Below the pieces are notes generated by a model, which was not told where the DNA came from, did not search any database, and saw nothing but the letters and a program-made list of their open reading frames with translations. Positions 34,506 to 44,973 of a stretch of 64,000 bases of DNA are shown piece after piece. The DNA is from Schizochytrium sp. TIO01 (Eukaryota > Protista > Bigyra: Labyrinthulomycetes). The stretch is from contig SMSO01000034.1 in NCBI GenBank assembly GCA_004764695.1, positions 2,666,001 to 2,730,000 on the forward strand, read 5' to 3'. Position numbers and translations under genes: made by a program. How positions within the stretch are numbered: the stretch's first letter is position 1; the number at the start of each line of letters is the position of its first letter.

Positions 34506-36035
34506 CTAATCCGTCAAAGCACTAAGAGCACTCTTCCATCCATCCAAGTCTAAATCCGGATGCATTGCAAAAGTTGAAAGATAATGAACAATCATTTGGC
34601 GAAATGAAAGGCACGCTCTGCCGTCATCCTCTAAATAGAACTCTGTGAAAATTTGCAGATCTGGATTGACTGGTAAGGTACCAAGATACACAAGGTTACA
34701 TTCGTCTGGCATACTATTTTTATCAGTATACACTATGACGGACTCTTGGAAATCTACAGAATCCTTTTCGTACTTTTGAACTTCCTCAGAAAGCTTTGAA
34801 TCGCTCGAATCAGGTGTTTCAGTTATGATTGCCTTTGCGAGCATAGTTGAAATAGTTGAGACCATAATCATGTCAGCCTCAACAATTTCAGGTGTCTCGT
34901 TGGTAACGCCTTCCCCGACGTGTTCCTCTTTATCGTGCGCGTGACGAGGTCGAGTCGCACAAAGATTTATCTCATTTTTGCTGGCAGAAGTGTAATTCAA
35001 GACCTCGTAGCCTTCCTCTGCGTAAATAAAGATATTCAGCTCATGTCCGTCTCTGGCCACAGCACGACGAACCTCATCAAGCCCAGGAGAAGAAAACTCC
35101 TCGGATATACGCTCCCTTTGGTCGACTTGCTTAAAATACCTCAACAATGCTGAGCTAGTTTTGGGGTCTGTGAAAAGCGCATTCATACGCAGAAGGAGCT
35201 GGCTCGCAGCCATGGGAATTCGGCAGCAGTCTACTCGAACATTGGCTATCATCACACGATCTTTTGGTACACCAAGGGGTAAGGTCTGAATATAAATACT
35301 ATCAATATGAGATGGCCCCAAGTCCCCAAGATCCATCTCAGGTATTTCTTGCCGTCGCCAGCTTGGATCTTGCGAACTCGTATGCAAGAGACCCAATGTT
35401 CGTGAAATAGTGCTCCGAAGGCTTGAGTAATAAATGCGCAAAAAAGACTCATCTTTTTTTGAGTCATGTTCTTGCACTGCACGAACCATACGCTGCATAA
35501 AAACTTTGTGCCTTTTGATTTCTGCTTTGAGCAAGGCGTTCTCTTTCGCCAAGCTGGCACCATGGCCGCTTCTTAGAGATTGCACTTCATTTTGCAAAAG
35601 TGCAATTCGCCTTAACAACAGCTCGTTTTCATCTTCGATAGCAGAAACACGAAGCTGGAGGGTATCGCGTTCAGCTTTGCGCTTTTCGCGCAGTTTGCGG
35701 CTTGCAGCAGCGTTGCGTTTCTTTTGCTCTGCTGCACTACCATAGTTTTCGCTCGGTGGCGCTGGAATCGAGTTGTGGGCGATCTCGGAAGTAATAGAGA
35801 AGTTCGAAGACGATGAAGTTGCACGGGTGTTACCAGTTAGAGATTGGTTTGATGTCTCATGCGGTAGAGACGGGGCAGCTGATTCCAGTGTGGTCGAGAT
35901 ATCTCCCTTATCCCAAAGTGCAGATGAAGTCAAATCCTCAGCCATCCAAAGTGTGTCTATCAAGGGGTCAGTATGATCTGCCAGAAGATCACCTGGCAAG
36001 GCATCTATCTCGTGTTCTAGCTCAAGCCAATCCAT
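34506..36035 (-). CDS. bZIP transcription factor, paralog 1, with uncharacterised C-terminal domain
   Basis: Basic region KKRNAAASRKLREKRK (N-x7-R) followed by a heptad leucine zipper; 509 aa. Confidence 0.9.
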   Translation of the reverse strand: MDWLELEHEIDALPGDLLADHTDPLIDTLWMAEDLTSSALWDKGDISTTLESAAPSLPHETSNQSLTGNTRATSSSSNFSITSEIAHNSIPAPPSENYGSAAEQKKRNAAASRKLREKRKAERDTLQLRVSAIEDENELLLRRIALLQNEVQSLRSGHGASLAKENALLKAEIKRHKVFMQRMVRAVQEHDSKKDESFLRIYYSSLRSTISRTLGLLHTSSQDPSWRRQEIPEMDLGDLGPSHIDSIYIQTLPLGVPKDRVMIANVRVDCCRIPMAASQLLLRMNALFTDPKTSSALLRYFKQVDQRERISEEFSSPGLDEVRRAVARDGHELNIFIYAEEGYEVLNYTSASKNEINLCATRPRHAHDKEEHVGEGVTNETPEIVEADMIMVSTISTMLAKAIITETPDSSDSKLSEEVQKYEKDSVDFQESVIVYTDKNSMPDECNLVYLGTLPVNPDLQIFTEFYLEDDGRACLSFRQMIVHYLSTFAMHPDLDLDGWKSALSALTD

Positions 36036-36504
36036 CGCTTTAAGAAAAATACAACCAAGAATGAGTGAACAAGCAACCTTATAAAGTAAGTCAAGTTTAC
36101 CCAGTCAACTTGACGCTCTGATTACTAGCGGTTTACTTAGCTCGCCTTCTTTTAGAAACTATGCAAAGGTTAAATGAATATTCGCACGGCTTCTCACCTA
36201 CCCAGCGCACAGTTTCCTGCAACGTCTAGGCAAGAACCGTTTTCTGGATGCCTTCGGGATCCCGATCAGAATCAGAACGGGATGAAACCAAGGTTCCTGC
36301 CTGGATCTCTGTTTGTCTTCTTCCGCTGGGTCAATTTTCCCTCTTCGTGTGGCATAGCCTGTAGCCACCAACAAGCTGCACCAGCTTCCGCTGTTATCGT
36401 TCGCTCTAGCCTTTGACGATTGCGCATGCATGCCTAAGTTGAACTGCATACGTATCGAATCGCAAGTAGTCCTGCTCTACTCATTCTTCATCGCTACTCT
36501 CTCG

Positions 36505-36543
36505 TAGGTAGGTAGGTAGGTAGGTAGGTAGGTAGGTAGGTAG
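36505..36543. repeat. (TAGG)n microsatellite
   Basis: About 9-10 tandem units, read directly. Confidence 0.9.
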
Positions 36544-37746
36544 TGGCATAAGCGTAGGATAAGTACAGATAAGCAATGCAAAAGACATTATGAAAAAAAG
36601 ACTCAGATGTGCGATGATATAGTTTGCTATTCCGTTTTGCACACGAAAGGAACACTTACATCGGAAACTTTCATCGAAGCAAGCGAAAGTAGATATCCGA
36701 GAAAAGGTGATGTGATTTGGAACCTCACCAACCAATGGACATATGGGTATTATGGAAGCGATGGACAATGCACGCATAGTAGCGAATGGCTGAAGCAAAG
36801 AAGTGCCTCAGGCTAGAAGTATACCTACTAGTTACTTACTGTAAATATTAGGCGCACCTATGGATAAGAGTCAAGATTAACCATATTCCAAATCTCTGTT
36901 GGTTTATTTTGGTCAGGACTTTGAAGCGCATTTTCTATCAGGCTAATTTAAAGTAAAAAACATAAAGACACTCTTTGGGAGAGTTAGAAACATAAGACGT
37001 GGTTGTTTCTATCGAATCGGCCCAGGGTGATAATATCTACCTCATAGAGTGGGGACGTTAGAAGTCGCGATGGATTGGCACCATTTTCTGACAGCCAGGT
37101 TTAAGTGGCATTGTGCTCTAGCACAGAGTAAAAATTATGTTTAATACATGCATTCAACAGCACTACTTGTAATAAAGTTCAGGCTTAGGCACTACTCTTT
37201 CTTATGTTTCCCTCTTCCTTTGAATGCATAGAATCGATTAATTTCGGGGTCTGTAAAAGGTTTCTAGCGGGTAATTCAAAACATTATTGAAAACAACTAC
37301 GTTAAAATTGGTCCGGCAAATTGGGGAGTAACAACCTGAGTAATTATGCAAATTTCTTACTGACAGAAGTTGCGATGTCAAGGCCTCCAACAATACGTTT
37401 TCTGCTCAAGATGCGTGCTGTTGCAGTAGTGCCAAGGTATTGGTGTCGTTACTTGCACATGTACTACAAGGTTTCGATTGCGACTACTTTGTCTTTTTGA
37501 GACAATTTGCAAGTTTCAAAAGGTAAGACTAATACAATATCCTCTATTAAGCAGCTTATCTATCTAGCACTGTTCTACCCCATACCCCATTGACAAAAGG
37601 AGAGTCGCCGCTTCTCTGATGTCCAAGGATATACATGTTCTTGTTGTTAAAATTTGCTTTCACGCCTGAATTTTAATGTTTTCTACCTAACTAACATTTT
37701 TAATAATAAAGCACGCAATTATAGCAGTGCTGCACCTATCCTATTT

Positions 37747-39300
37747 TCAAGCTGCTAACGAGATTAGAGCCGCCTTCCATCCGTCCAAATCTGAATCTGG
37801 AGCCATCGTAAGAAGCGAGATATACTGAAGCAGCATTTGCCGGAATGAGAGGCAAGACTGCCCGTCATCCTCTAAATAGAACTCTGTAAGAATATTCAGC
37901 TCAGGGTTAATAGGCAGGGAGCCCATGTAAATAAGGCTACACTGATCAGGAGCGCCATCGCTTGGATTGTACAGCGTAATCGATTCCTGGAAGTCTGCAG
38001 CCTCTTCTGCTGGCAGTGGCTTTCGAGATTTAGATGATTTCAGCACACTCGAATGTGTTGGCTCAGGCACAATCGCCTTTGCAAGCATAGTGGAAATTGT
38101 AGAGATCATGGTAATGTCCGCCTCAACGATTTCAGGCTTTTCATTCGTGACACCAGCCTCGAGTTCTTGCTCCTCGCCGTACTCGTGCCGAGGCCGTGTT
38201 GCGCTTAAGTTGATCTCGCTTTTACTCGTAGAACAATAATTCAGGACCTCAAAGCGTTCCTCCGCATAAGTAAAAATCTTCAATTCTTGGCCTTCTTTGG
38301 CAAGGATACGGCAAACCTCATCGAGCCCAGGAGAGGAATACTTCTCCCAAATCCGATCTCTCTGATCTACTTGCTTGAAGTATTTGAACATAGCTGTGCT
38401 TGTATCTACGTCTGTGTAGAATGCATTCACGCGTTCAAGAAGATCGTCCTTCGTAATCGGGATTCGATTGCAGTCTACTCGAACATTAGCAAGCTTGATG
38501 CGGTCCTTTGGTGCACCAAGAGGAAGTGTTTGGGTGTAAATGCAGTCAATTGGACATTGGCCTAGGTCTCCAAGATCCATTGTTGGTATCTCTTCCCGCC
38601 GCCAACTTGGATCATGAGAGCTCGTATGAAGCAGGCCTAGGCTCCGTGACAACGTACTCCGGATACCCGAATAGTAAACGCGCAAGAGTGCCTCGTCATT
38701 TTGCGAGTTGTGCTCGTGAACAGCATGAACCATACGCTGCATAAAAACTTTATGCCTCTTAATTTCTGCTCTGAGCAGAGCGTTCTCTTTGGCCAAACCT
38801 GCACCATGTCCACACCTCAGAGATTGCACTTCGTTCTGTAAAAGGGCAATTCGCTTTAAGAGCAGATGGTTTTCGCCTTCAATTGCAGAAACCCTCAATT
38901 GCAGAGCATCTCTCTCAGCCTTGCGTTTTTCCCGCAGTTTACGGCTTGCAGCAGCGTTGCGCTTCTTTTGTTCTGCCGCAGCACCGACGATTTCGATTGT
39001 TGCTGCTGGACTGAAAGCCTGGGACTCTTGTGCCCTTGACATGTTCCCATCAAATGAAGAATTCGCAGATGAAGAGTTTGTGCTGCTGCCGCCACATTGA
39101 AATAGAATGGTCTCCCCGTGTGATGATGACGATGGTGCTATAAATTCGAGCGAGCCTGTGACGCCCTCATTTTCCTCCTCTACGACATCCGAGGGAGAGT
39201 CTTCTACTTTCCAACGAGAATCCTCAAAGGCCTCTGAGTGATCTGCAAGAAGGTCGTCTGGCAAGGCGTCGATCTCTTGTTCCAGGTTTATCCACTCCAT
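37747..39300 (-). CDS. bZIP transcription factor, paralog 2 (tandem duplicate of 34506-36035)
   Basis: Identical basic region AAEQKKRNAAASRKLREKRKAERD and colinear similarity to the C-terminus. The ATG at 39300 (MEWINLEQEIDALP) aligns with paralog 1 MDWLELEHEIDALP. Confidence 0.9.
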   Translation of the reverse strand: MEWINLEQEIDALPDDLLADHSEAFEDSRWKVEDSPSDVVEEENEGVTGSLEFIAPSSSSHGETILFQCGGSSTNSSSANSSFDGNMSRAQESQAFSPAATIEIVGAAAEQKKRNAAASRKLREKRKAERDALQLRVSAIEGENHLLLKRIALLQNEVQSLRCGHGAGLAKENALLRAEIKRHKVFMQRMVHAVHEHNSQNDEALLRVYYSGIRSTLSRSLGLLHTSSHDPSWRREEIPTMDLGDLGQCPIDCIYTQTLPLGAPKDRIKLANVRVDCNRIPITKDDLLERVNAFYTDVDTSTAMFKYFKQVDQRDRIWEKYSSPGLDEVCRILAKEGQELKIFTYAEERFEVLNYCSTSKSEINLSATRPRHEYGEEQELEAGVTNEKPEIVEADITMISTISTMLAKAIVPEPTHSSVLKSSKSRKPLPAEEAADFQESITLYNPSDGAPDQCSLIYMGSLPINPELNILTEFYLEDDGQSCLSFRQMLLQYISLLTMAPDSDLDGWKAALISLAA

Positions 39301-40429
39301 CGTCGCTGGCCACAGCACGTAATCCGATACCAACTGATCGGCTTGCTGTTCAAGAAACTCTGTAGACTTTCCAAGCCTCCTCTCTTTTGCCGTTGTCCTG
39401 AATCTGGTCTTTCACGCAAGTTGAAGCCGGCAAGGAACCGTGACTTGTCACTCGTTTCGTTCTACTGCTCTTTGTGAAGGCCTTCAGTGCTGAATATGCA
39501 AAAGTAAGGAAAAAGAAACACACCGCGTGTCTTCTGGTGGTACCTACGTGGTATCTCTATCTCTTCCCTAAATAACAAGTTTCTTACCTATCTCTTGCCG
39601 AGGTCTGCTATGCTTGTTCACGTTGTGTCATTCATACCATGATGCCTGTACTTTTAGGATCGCCATTATTACCGTGGTAGTTTTGCTTCAATGCTGATGG
39701 TTTTGTTTAACTTGTGCTTTGTTTTGCTTGATCTCCAGGTAGGAACCACTTGTACCTATCCAATATCCAATAAGGGCTATCCCATGAGATGATCATTGTC
39801 TACCGAGGGAGTAGGATATGACTATTGCGCTTCCAAGACATCACAAGTTTCTTCTTCTTTCTTCTTCTCATTCCCTCTGCTCTCAGTCTCGTCTCATCTA
39901 TCCTTAATCTCTTCTCGATTCTCTCCTCCTTTTCTGCGTTATTATATTCAAGTTCCCCAGTTCTTTATTCGCTTTACCATAGCAATAGGTACTACTACCC
40001 TATGAAGGGGGATTACCTGAGAAGGTAGATGGACCTTGGAATATGAATAATTGTTTTGTTTTGGCTTCAAGAGTGTTTGGTATCTCAGGAAAGCAACGAA
40101 TATTTTGGCTTCACCCAAGTCAAAGGATAAGTATTATAGTATTTAGGTACCAGGGTATGTCTTTCTTCTTACCCTTTCTTTGCAAGCTATATTGCGATGC
40201 ACTTTGGCTCATATCTTCATGCTTACAATGCACCTACGTTGTATCCAATTATACACGTAGGAGTGATACTGGTAGTTTTATTTGGTAGAAGCTACTAGCA
40301 CAGCGCTGCCGAGATAGGTAGGCCCTTAGCTTTAGTAACACCGGCAGAAAGTTGAAGCGCTCAGCAGATCGCTCAGCTATTTCGACTGCAGGTATTACAA
40401 GCTGAGTACTACGAAAGGCCGACCTCAGC

Positions 40430-41000
40430 GCTCTTTCAGTGGATAAATGAAACTGGTGTCCACACCTTTCGCTAACGAAGAGAGCGCCAATGACTCGCAC
40501 AGCAACGTGACTTACACGTCTGCATCCCATTGTAGGGCAATCTTAATCTTACAACCACTCAACAACTGGTTCCACTAGCGTACTAGAGTCACAGGTCAGA
40601 CTGACAGCCGTGTGATTAGTTCGCGTTGTGCAAAATACAATAGTTCTGTGACGATGTTCACGTAGAGCCAATGAAAGCTCATCAATCTTTCCATCACAGC
40701 TTTTCGGGATACGCTGATGCACATTTTGGGTGGTGAATACATCTGCAGACGAGGAGATAGCAACTTGAAAAAAGGGAACACCGATGTCTCATGGTATCAG
40801 AGACTTGAGTACCTGAGCACCATCCTAAATACATTGAGCAAATGTACATGAGACATTTTGACGTAGATGTCGTTCTTACTCTCTTCATAATTGCCACTCC
40901 AGATGTCGCTCCCGGGCATTTGGTCACACTAGATATCAGCACATTTGTATGGCTATTTGAGGTCACCACCATTAGCGAATAAAGAATCTCCCTGGCAGCG
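40430..41000 (-). pseudogene. Possible decayed DEAD-box RNA helicase fragment
   Basis: Ordered motif remnants across two frames, interrupted by stops: PGR (~40995), D-I-*-CDQM (~40930), RQNVSCTF, QVAISSSADVFTTQNVHQ...KIDELSLALR...RTIVFCTTR (~40640), LAKGVD (~40465). Confidence 0.35.
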
Positions 41001-44000
41001 AAAGTTTTGCTCATCCCGACGGCGAAAAACGACACAGTGTCTTATATGTTATGTATCTTGCAGCTAGAATCGTATCAAAAACGTGTTGCACAATGCAATT
41101 TTCAATTTGGTTTGACCGCATTAGTGTGACGTATCACCGGAGAATCCAAGCTTGAATGAATCATCATTGCGAAATATAGACCCTCTATCATCTTGTTTTG
41201 TAAATCCCTCTAGAAGTACTTAGTGCCACTCCCACATTTCGAAGCTCTCATCAGTTTAATCTTTCGCGAACCTCAACTTTTACTCAGGCGGGGCATGTGC
41301 AAGCCAGCAACAGTAGGATATGAATGTTGACACCACAGGTTGGTTCTTAAACCGTTATTATAATTATTTTAATCTAAAACAAAATTTTTAAAGAAATATG
41401 TACACCATGGTCAATAAGGTAACTATTATTGGAGATTCTGAAGATATACTTTCATACATCAGAGGCTACTCCTGCTAATCGTTTACTTTGATAAGCAATC
41501 GAGTGTAAATAATCACGTGTGCTGTGAACAATCTTGATTCTGACTTATGCGGAACTGACAAATGATAAGATACGTAAAATAGGGCTCAGACTTGCAGCTC
41601 GACTAAGAAGGATCACTGATCGTATTTCTCAGCCCAACTTATTTATTCTTCGTCTCCAAGATGCCCACCTTGAGGTGAATCATCTTAGCTTGTCGCCATT
41701 TTACCCGAAATATTTGCCCAGGAATTTGCAACAGCAACTGTGAATTAATCATTCATACTCCCGGGAATAACAGAGGAGTAATTACTCCGCTTCAATCACA
41801 AGCCGAGGTCTTCCTATTCAGAGCTTTGAAATTCATGGTTTTTGCAACCCCACTTACGTTGACCCACTCTTGCTTCTGGGTGCCCGTCAATACCTACCAA
41901 ATGAAGTGCCAGCCTCCAGTATGTATTGCTTTGCGACTCCATGGGTTACTCTAAACAAACGAAGTCAAACAGAAACTACTCAACAGCCCCTAAACCCTTC
42001 ATACTTAGTTGACTCCGTGGCTTTATTTTTCAACTTGCGTCAATGAGGTTTATAATCGAGAGTTGAAGTGAATGGAACAGTGCCCAAGTGACTTTGAGCG
42101 TGTCCTGGAAACTGTTAGCCATTCACTGTCCAGGTAGGTAGATAAGGTGCCTAGGTACTTCTTGCTCCTGCTGGGGAGCTCTGCTTTGGTGTAAGAGCTA
42201 GAACAAGTCTTCTAAGTGCTACGCGCCGCCATGTTCCAATAACCTTGAGGGAAGGCTGTATTAAGAACTCAAGATACCTTGCAGATAGATAGGGGGAAGA
42301 TCCATCCCAATTCCAACGATCCTTTTCCAAATTAGTTTTACAAGATTTGAATGAATGGCATTCGCAGCCCATTCATCGAACCATATCGATCGGTTGAGCT
42401 GACAGCTATCTATCACCGTCTTCTTCTAAGTTTTTCCCAACCCCCTGGGCCAGACTGCACATACATTCATATGCATTTATACATATGCATACATACATAG
42501 GTGCCTGCTATCCTGTGAGTTGTTGCAAATGCCGAGCGATTTGAAGCGATTGCTGTCGCCAATTGCTGTCGTTCGTTGAGATCATCGAATCACACGATGT
42601 CAACATGCACGCCTTTGTTTTAACCCGTGCACATGCCATCCAATCGACTCGCTCCGCAACTGCGTAGGTACATGCATACCCTCTCACCTACGCCTGCAGA
42701 CATGCACTCGCTTCGATCCGTGTAGCATAGAGGTCTATTATGCGGCCTTCCTCACCTCTTGGAGCCTGTGATCAACGCAGTGGTCTTTGATAAACTCAAG
42801 GACATTGATAGAAAGAACCTCAGTGGCGGCTTGTTGGTCTTGAGTCCATGGCCATCATTCAGACACCGAAAACCCTGTGTCAGCCCGATCAAATGCATCA
42901 TACTTCTGCTGATAATGCGCATCTGTGCGTGGATCGAGCGCGCCCTGAACCATTTCCGGGTGCCAAGAACCATCGAGTTTAGGTGCATCGCCTGTTTCGT
43001 AACTATCCAAGCTTGGGGAAAAAGGGGAAGATTTTGAGGACGCGCCTCTGACTCGCGAGCGTGTCAGCTCAGTAGCTCATTGGCTAGCTAGCTAGTGCGA
43101 AGGTATTTGGCGATGGCTGCAGATTGAAGAATCGGCGGCATTTCAAGTTCTCGCGTTGATTTCGGGTCACTTCTCTTTTCTTTTCTACATTTTTTTAAAA
43201 CAACAAAGAATCAGAATTTTGGAAAATAACAAATAAAAATCATAACAATCATCACAGTATTTCGCTCCAGTTCAACTTTTTCTCTTATTTCGCATGCCCT
43301 GGCGCCTAGCTTTAACTCTAGCACCTGCTATGCAGAAGTCCCCTCGTCTGAGGAGCCAAAAGATTTACGTCGAGCACACTTTGCACTTTCCGAGGGCACC
43401 TCCCGTTCATCGCCTTCATTCTTTTCATCTTGTGAGGTCCCTCTCTCTCTCTCTTCATCTCTTCATCTCTCTCTCTATGTATCTATGTATGTATCTATGT
43501 ATGTAAGTATGTATCTATGTATTTATTTATGTAGGCATCCATGGCGATCATTTGACAGTGAGAAGTGATTGATTCCTGCACATGACAAAGGTGTTCATGG
43601 CAGGCATTTTCAAGGTCACGATCGCATTGAGTCGTCGTCCTCGATGGCGCTCAGTCTCAATCAAATGCGCAGCTCAGCTCAGCGAACTCACTCACTCACC
43701 CACTCTCTTCAAGAGCTTGCCTGCGTGCTCGTTGTTTGCCCATGCCCCATTGCATTTCTGCGAGGAGTGGGAGAGCAGTCTGCTGCGTCCAAGTGCCTCG
43801 AGTTTCAAGATACGCGGCGGACGAAAGTCTGTGTTGGTGAATCGATCGGTCGCCCTTTGCGAAAAGCCGTCCTCAGCTCGATCAAACCTTGCGCTTCCTT
43901 GTGTCGCTTCCTTGTTTGTGTGTGAGTGTGTGTTGTTTGTGTCCTTCCTTTCCTTCCTTCCTCGCTCAAGTTGGACTCTTCTCTTCGTGCTCTTGGTTTG

Positions 44001-44054
44001 TGCTCCATTTCAGGATTGGCTTTCGCGCAGTGCGAGTGAATGAATGAACGAAGC

Positions 44055-44150
44055 AATGAATGAATGAATGAATGAATGAATGAATGAATGAATGAATGAA
44101 TGAATGAATGAATGAATGAATGAATGAATGAATGAATGAATGAATGAATG
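44055..44150. repeat. (AATG)24 microsatellite
   Basis: Pure 96-nt run, read directly. Confidence 0.95.
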
Positions 44151-44940
44151 GCACTCTCTCAGTCAGTCTCACTTCTTTCCTCTCCGTCCTTTCATCCCTT
44201 TTCTTCTTTGATTCATTCATCGCTCATTCTGCTGTGGAGTAGGTACATACATACATGCATTCACTTCCCTTCCTATTAATTAGTTTACTTTGTTTTTGTG
44301 TTTTTTTGATTAAAATCAAAACGTTTAATTCCTCTTCCTCCGCCCAGATTCGCTCAGCCTGAGTGAGGTCCCTTCATTCCGCTTTTCAGATAAGCACTAT
44401 GTCCCCAAAGCCGAATCGCGCGCAAAGCCGCGCTCAGCGGTGCTGCGAGTGGCCGGACTCACGGAAATTCAAGCCTCCTGCAACTGCAGCAGAGAAGAGT
44501 TTTTCGCGATTTTGACGATGGGTCTGCACTTTCAGTTTTTTTGTTTTTTTTCTTTTTCTTTTTTTCTTTTTTTTTCTTCCTGGGGCAGGATCACAATCAA
44601 TTGCTTACGCGAGGTGGCATTGGCGATGGGTAGGTAGGCAGTGGTGCCTCTGTGTGGCAGGTGACAGACAAGTGGCTAATTACGGCGTCGGAAATAGGAT
44701 GCCGGGACACCTTGCAGCGCAAATGTTATCAGCCTCCGATGCTGCTTTGCTTTCGTAGGTCTGTCTGCCTTTCAAGTTCTTTTCTTCTCCTCCTCCTTCT
44801 TCTTCTTCTTTTTTGTTTGATCTTTTTTGCAAAGCTGCGAAAGTTCTTTTCGTAAAGCTTTTAGTTTTGGAAGTGGTTTTCATTCTTTTCCAATTCATTT
44901 TGTGCTATGAAATTCAAAAAGATACCCACCCACCCACCTG

Positions 44941-44973
44941 CTTCTTCTTCTTCTTCTTCTTCTTCTTCTTCTT
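44941..44973. repeat. (CTT)11 microsatellite
   Basis: Direct read. Confidence 0.9.

Noticed and set aside
43582-44220. ORFs of 83-153 aa around the (AATG)n tract
   Set aside because: Products of simple repeats and low-complexity sequence (e.g. HSFI repeats).
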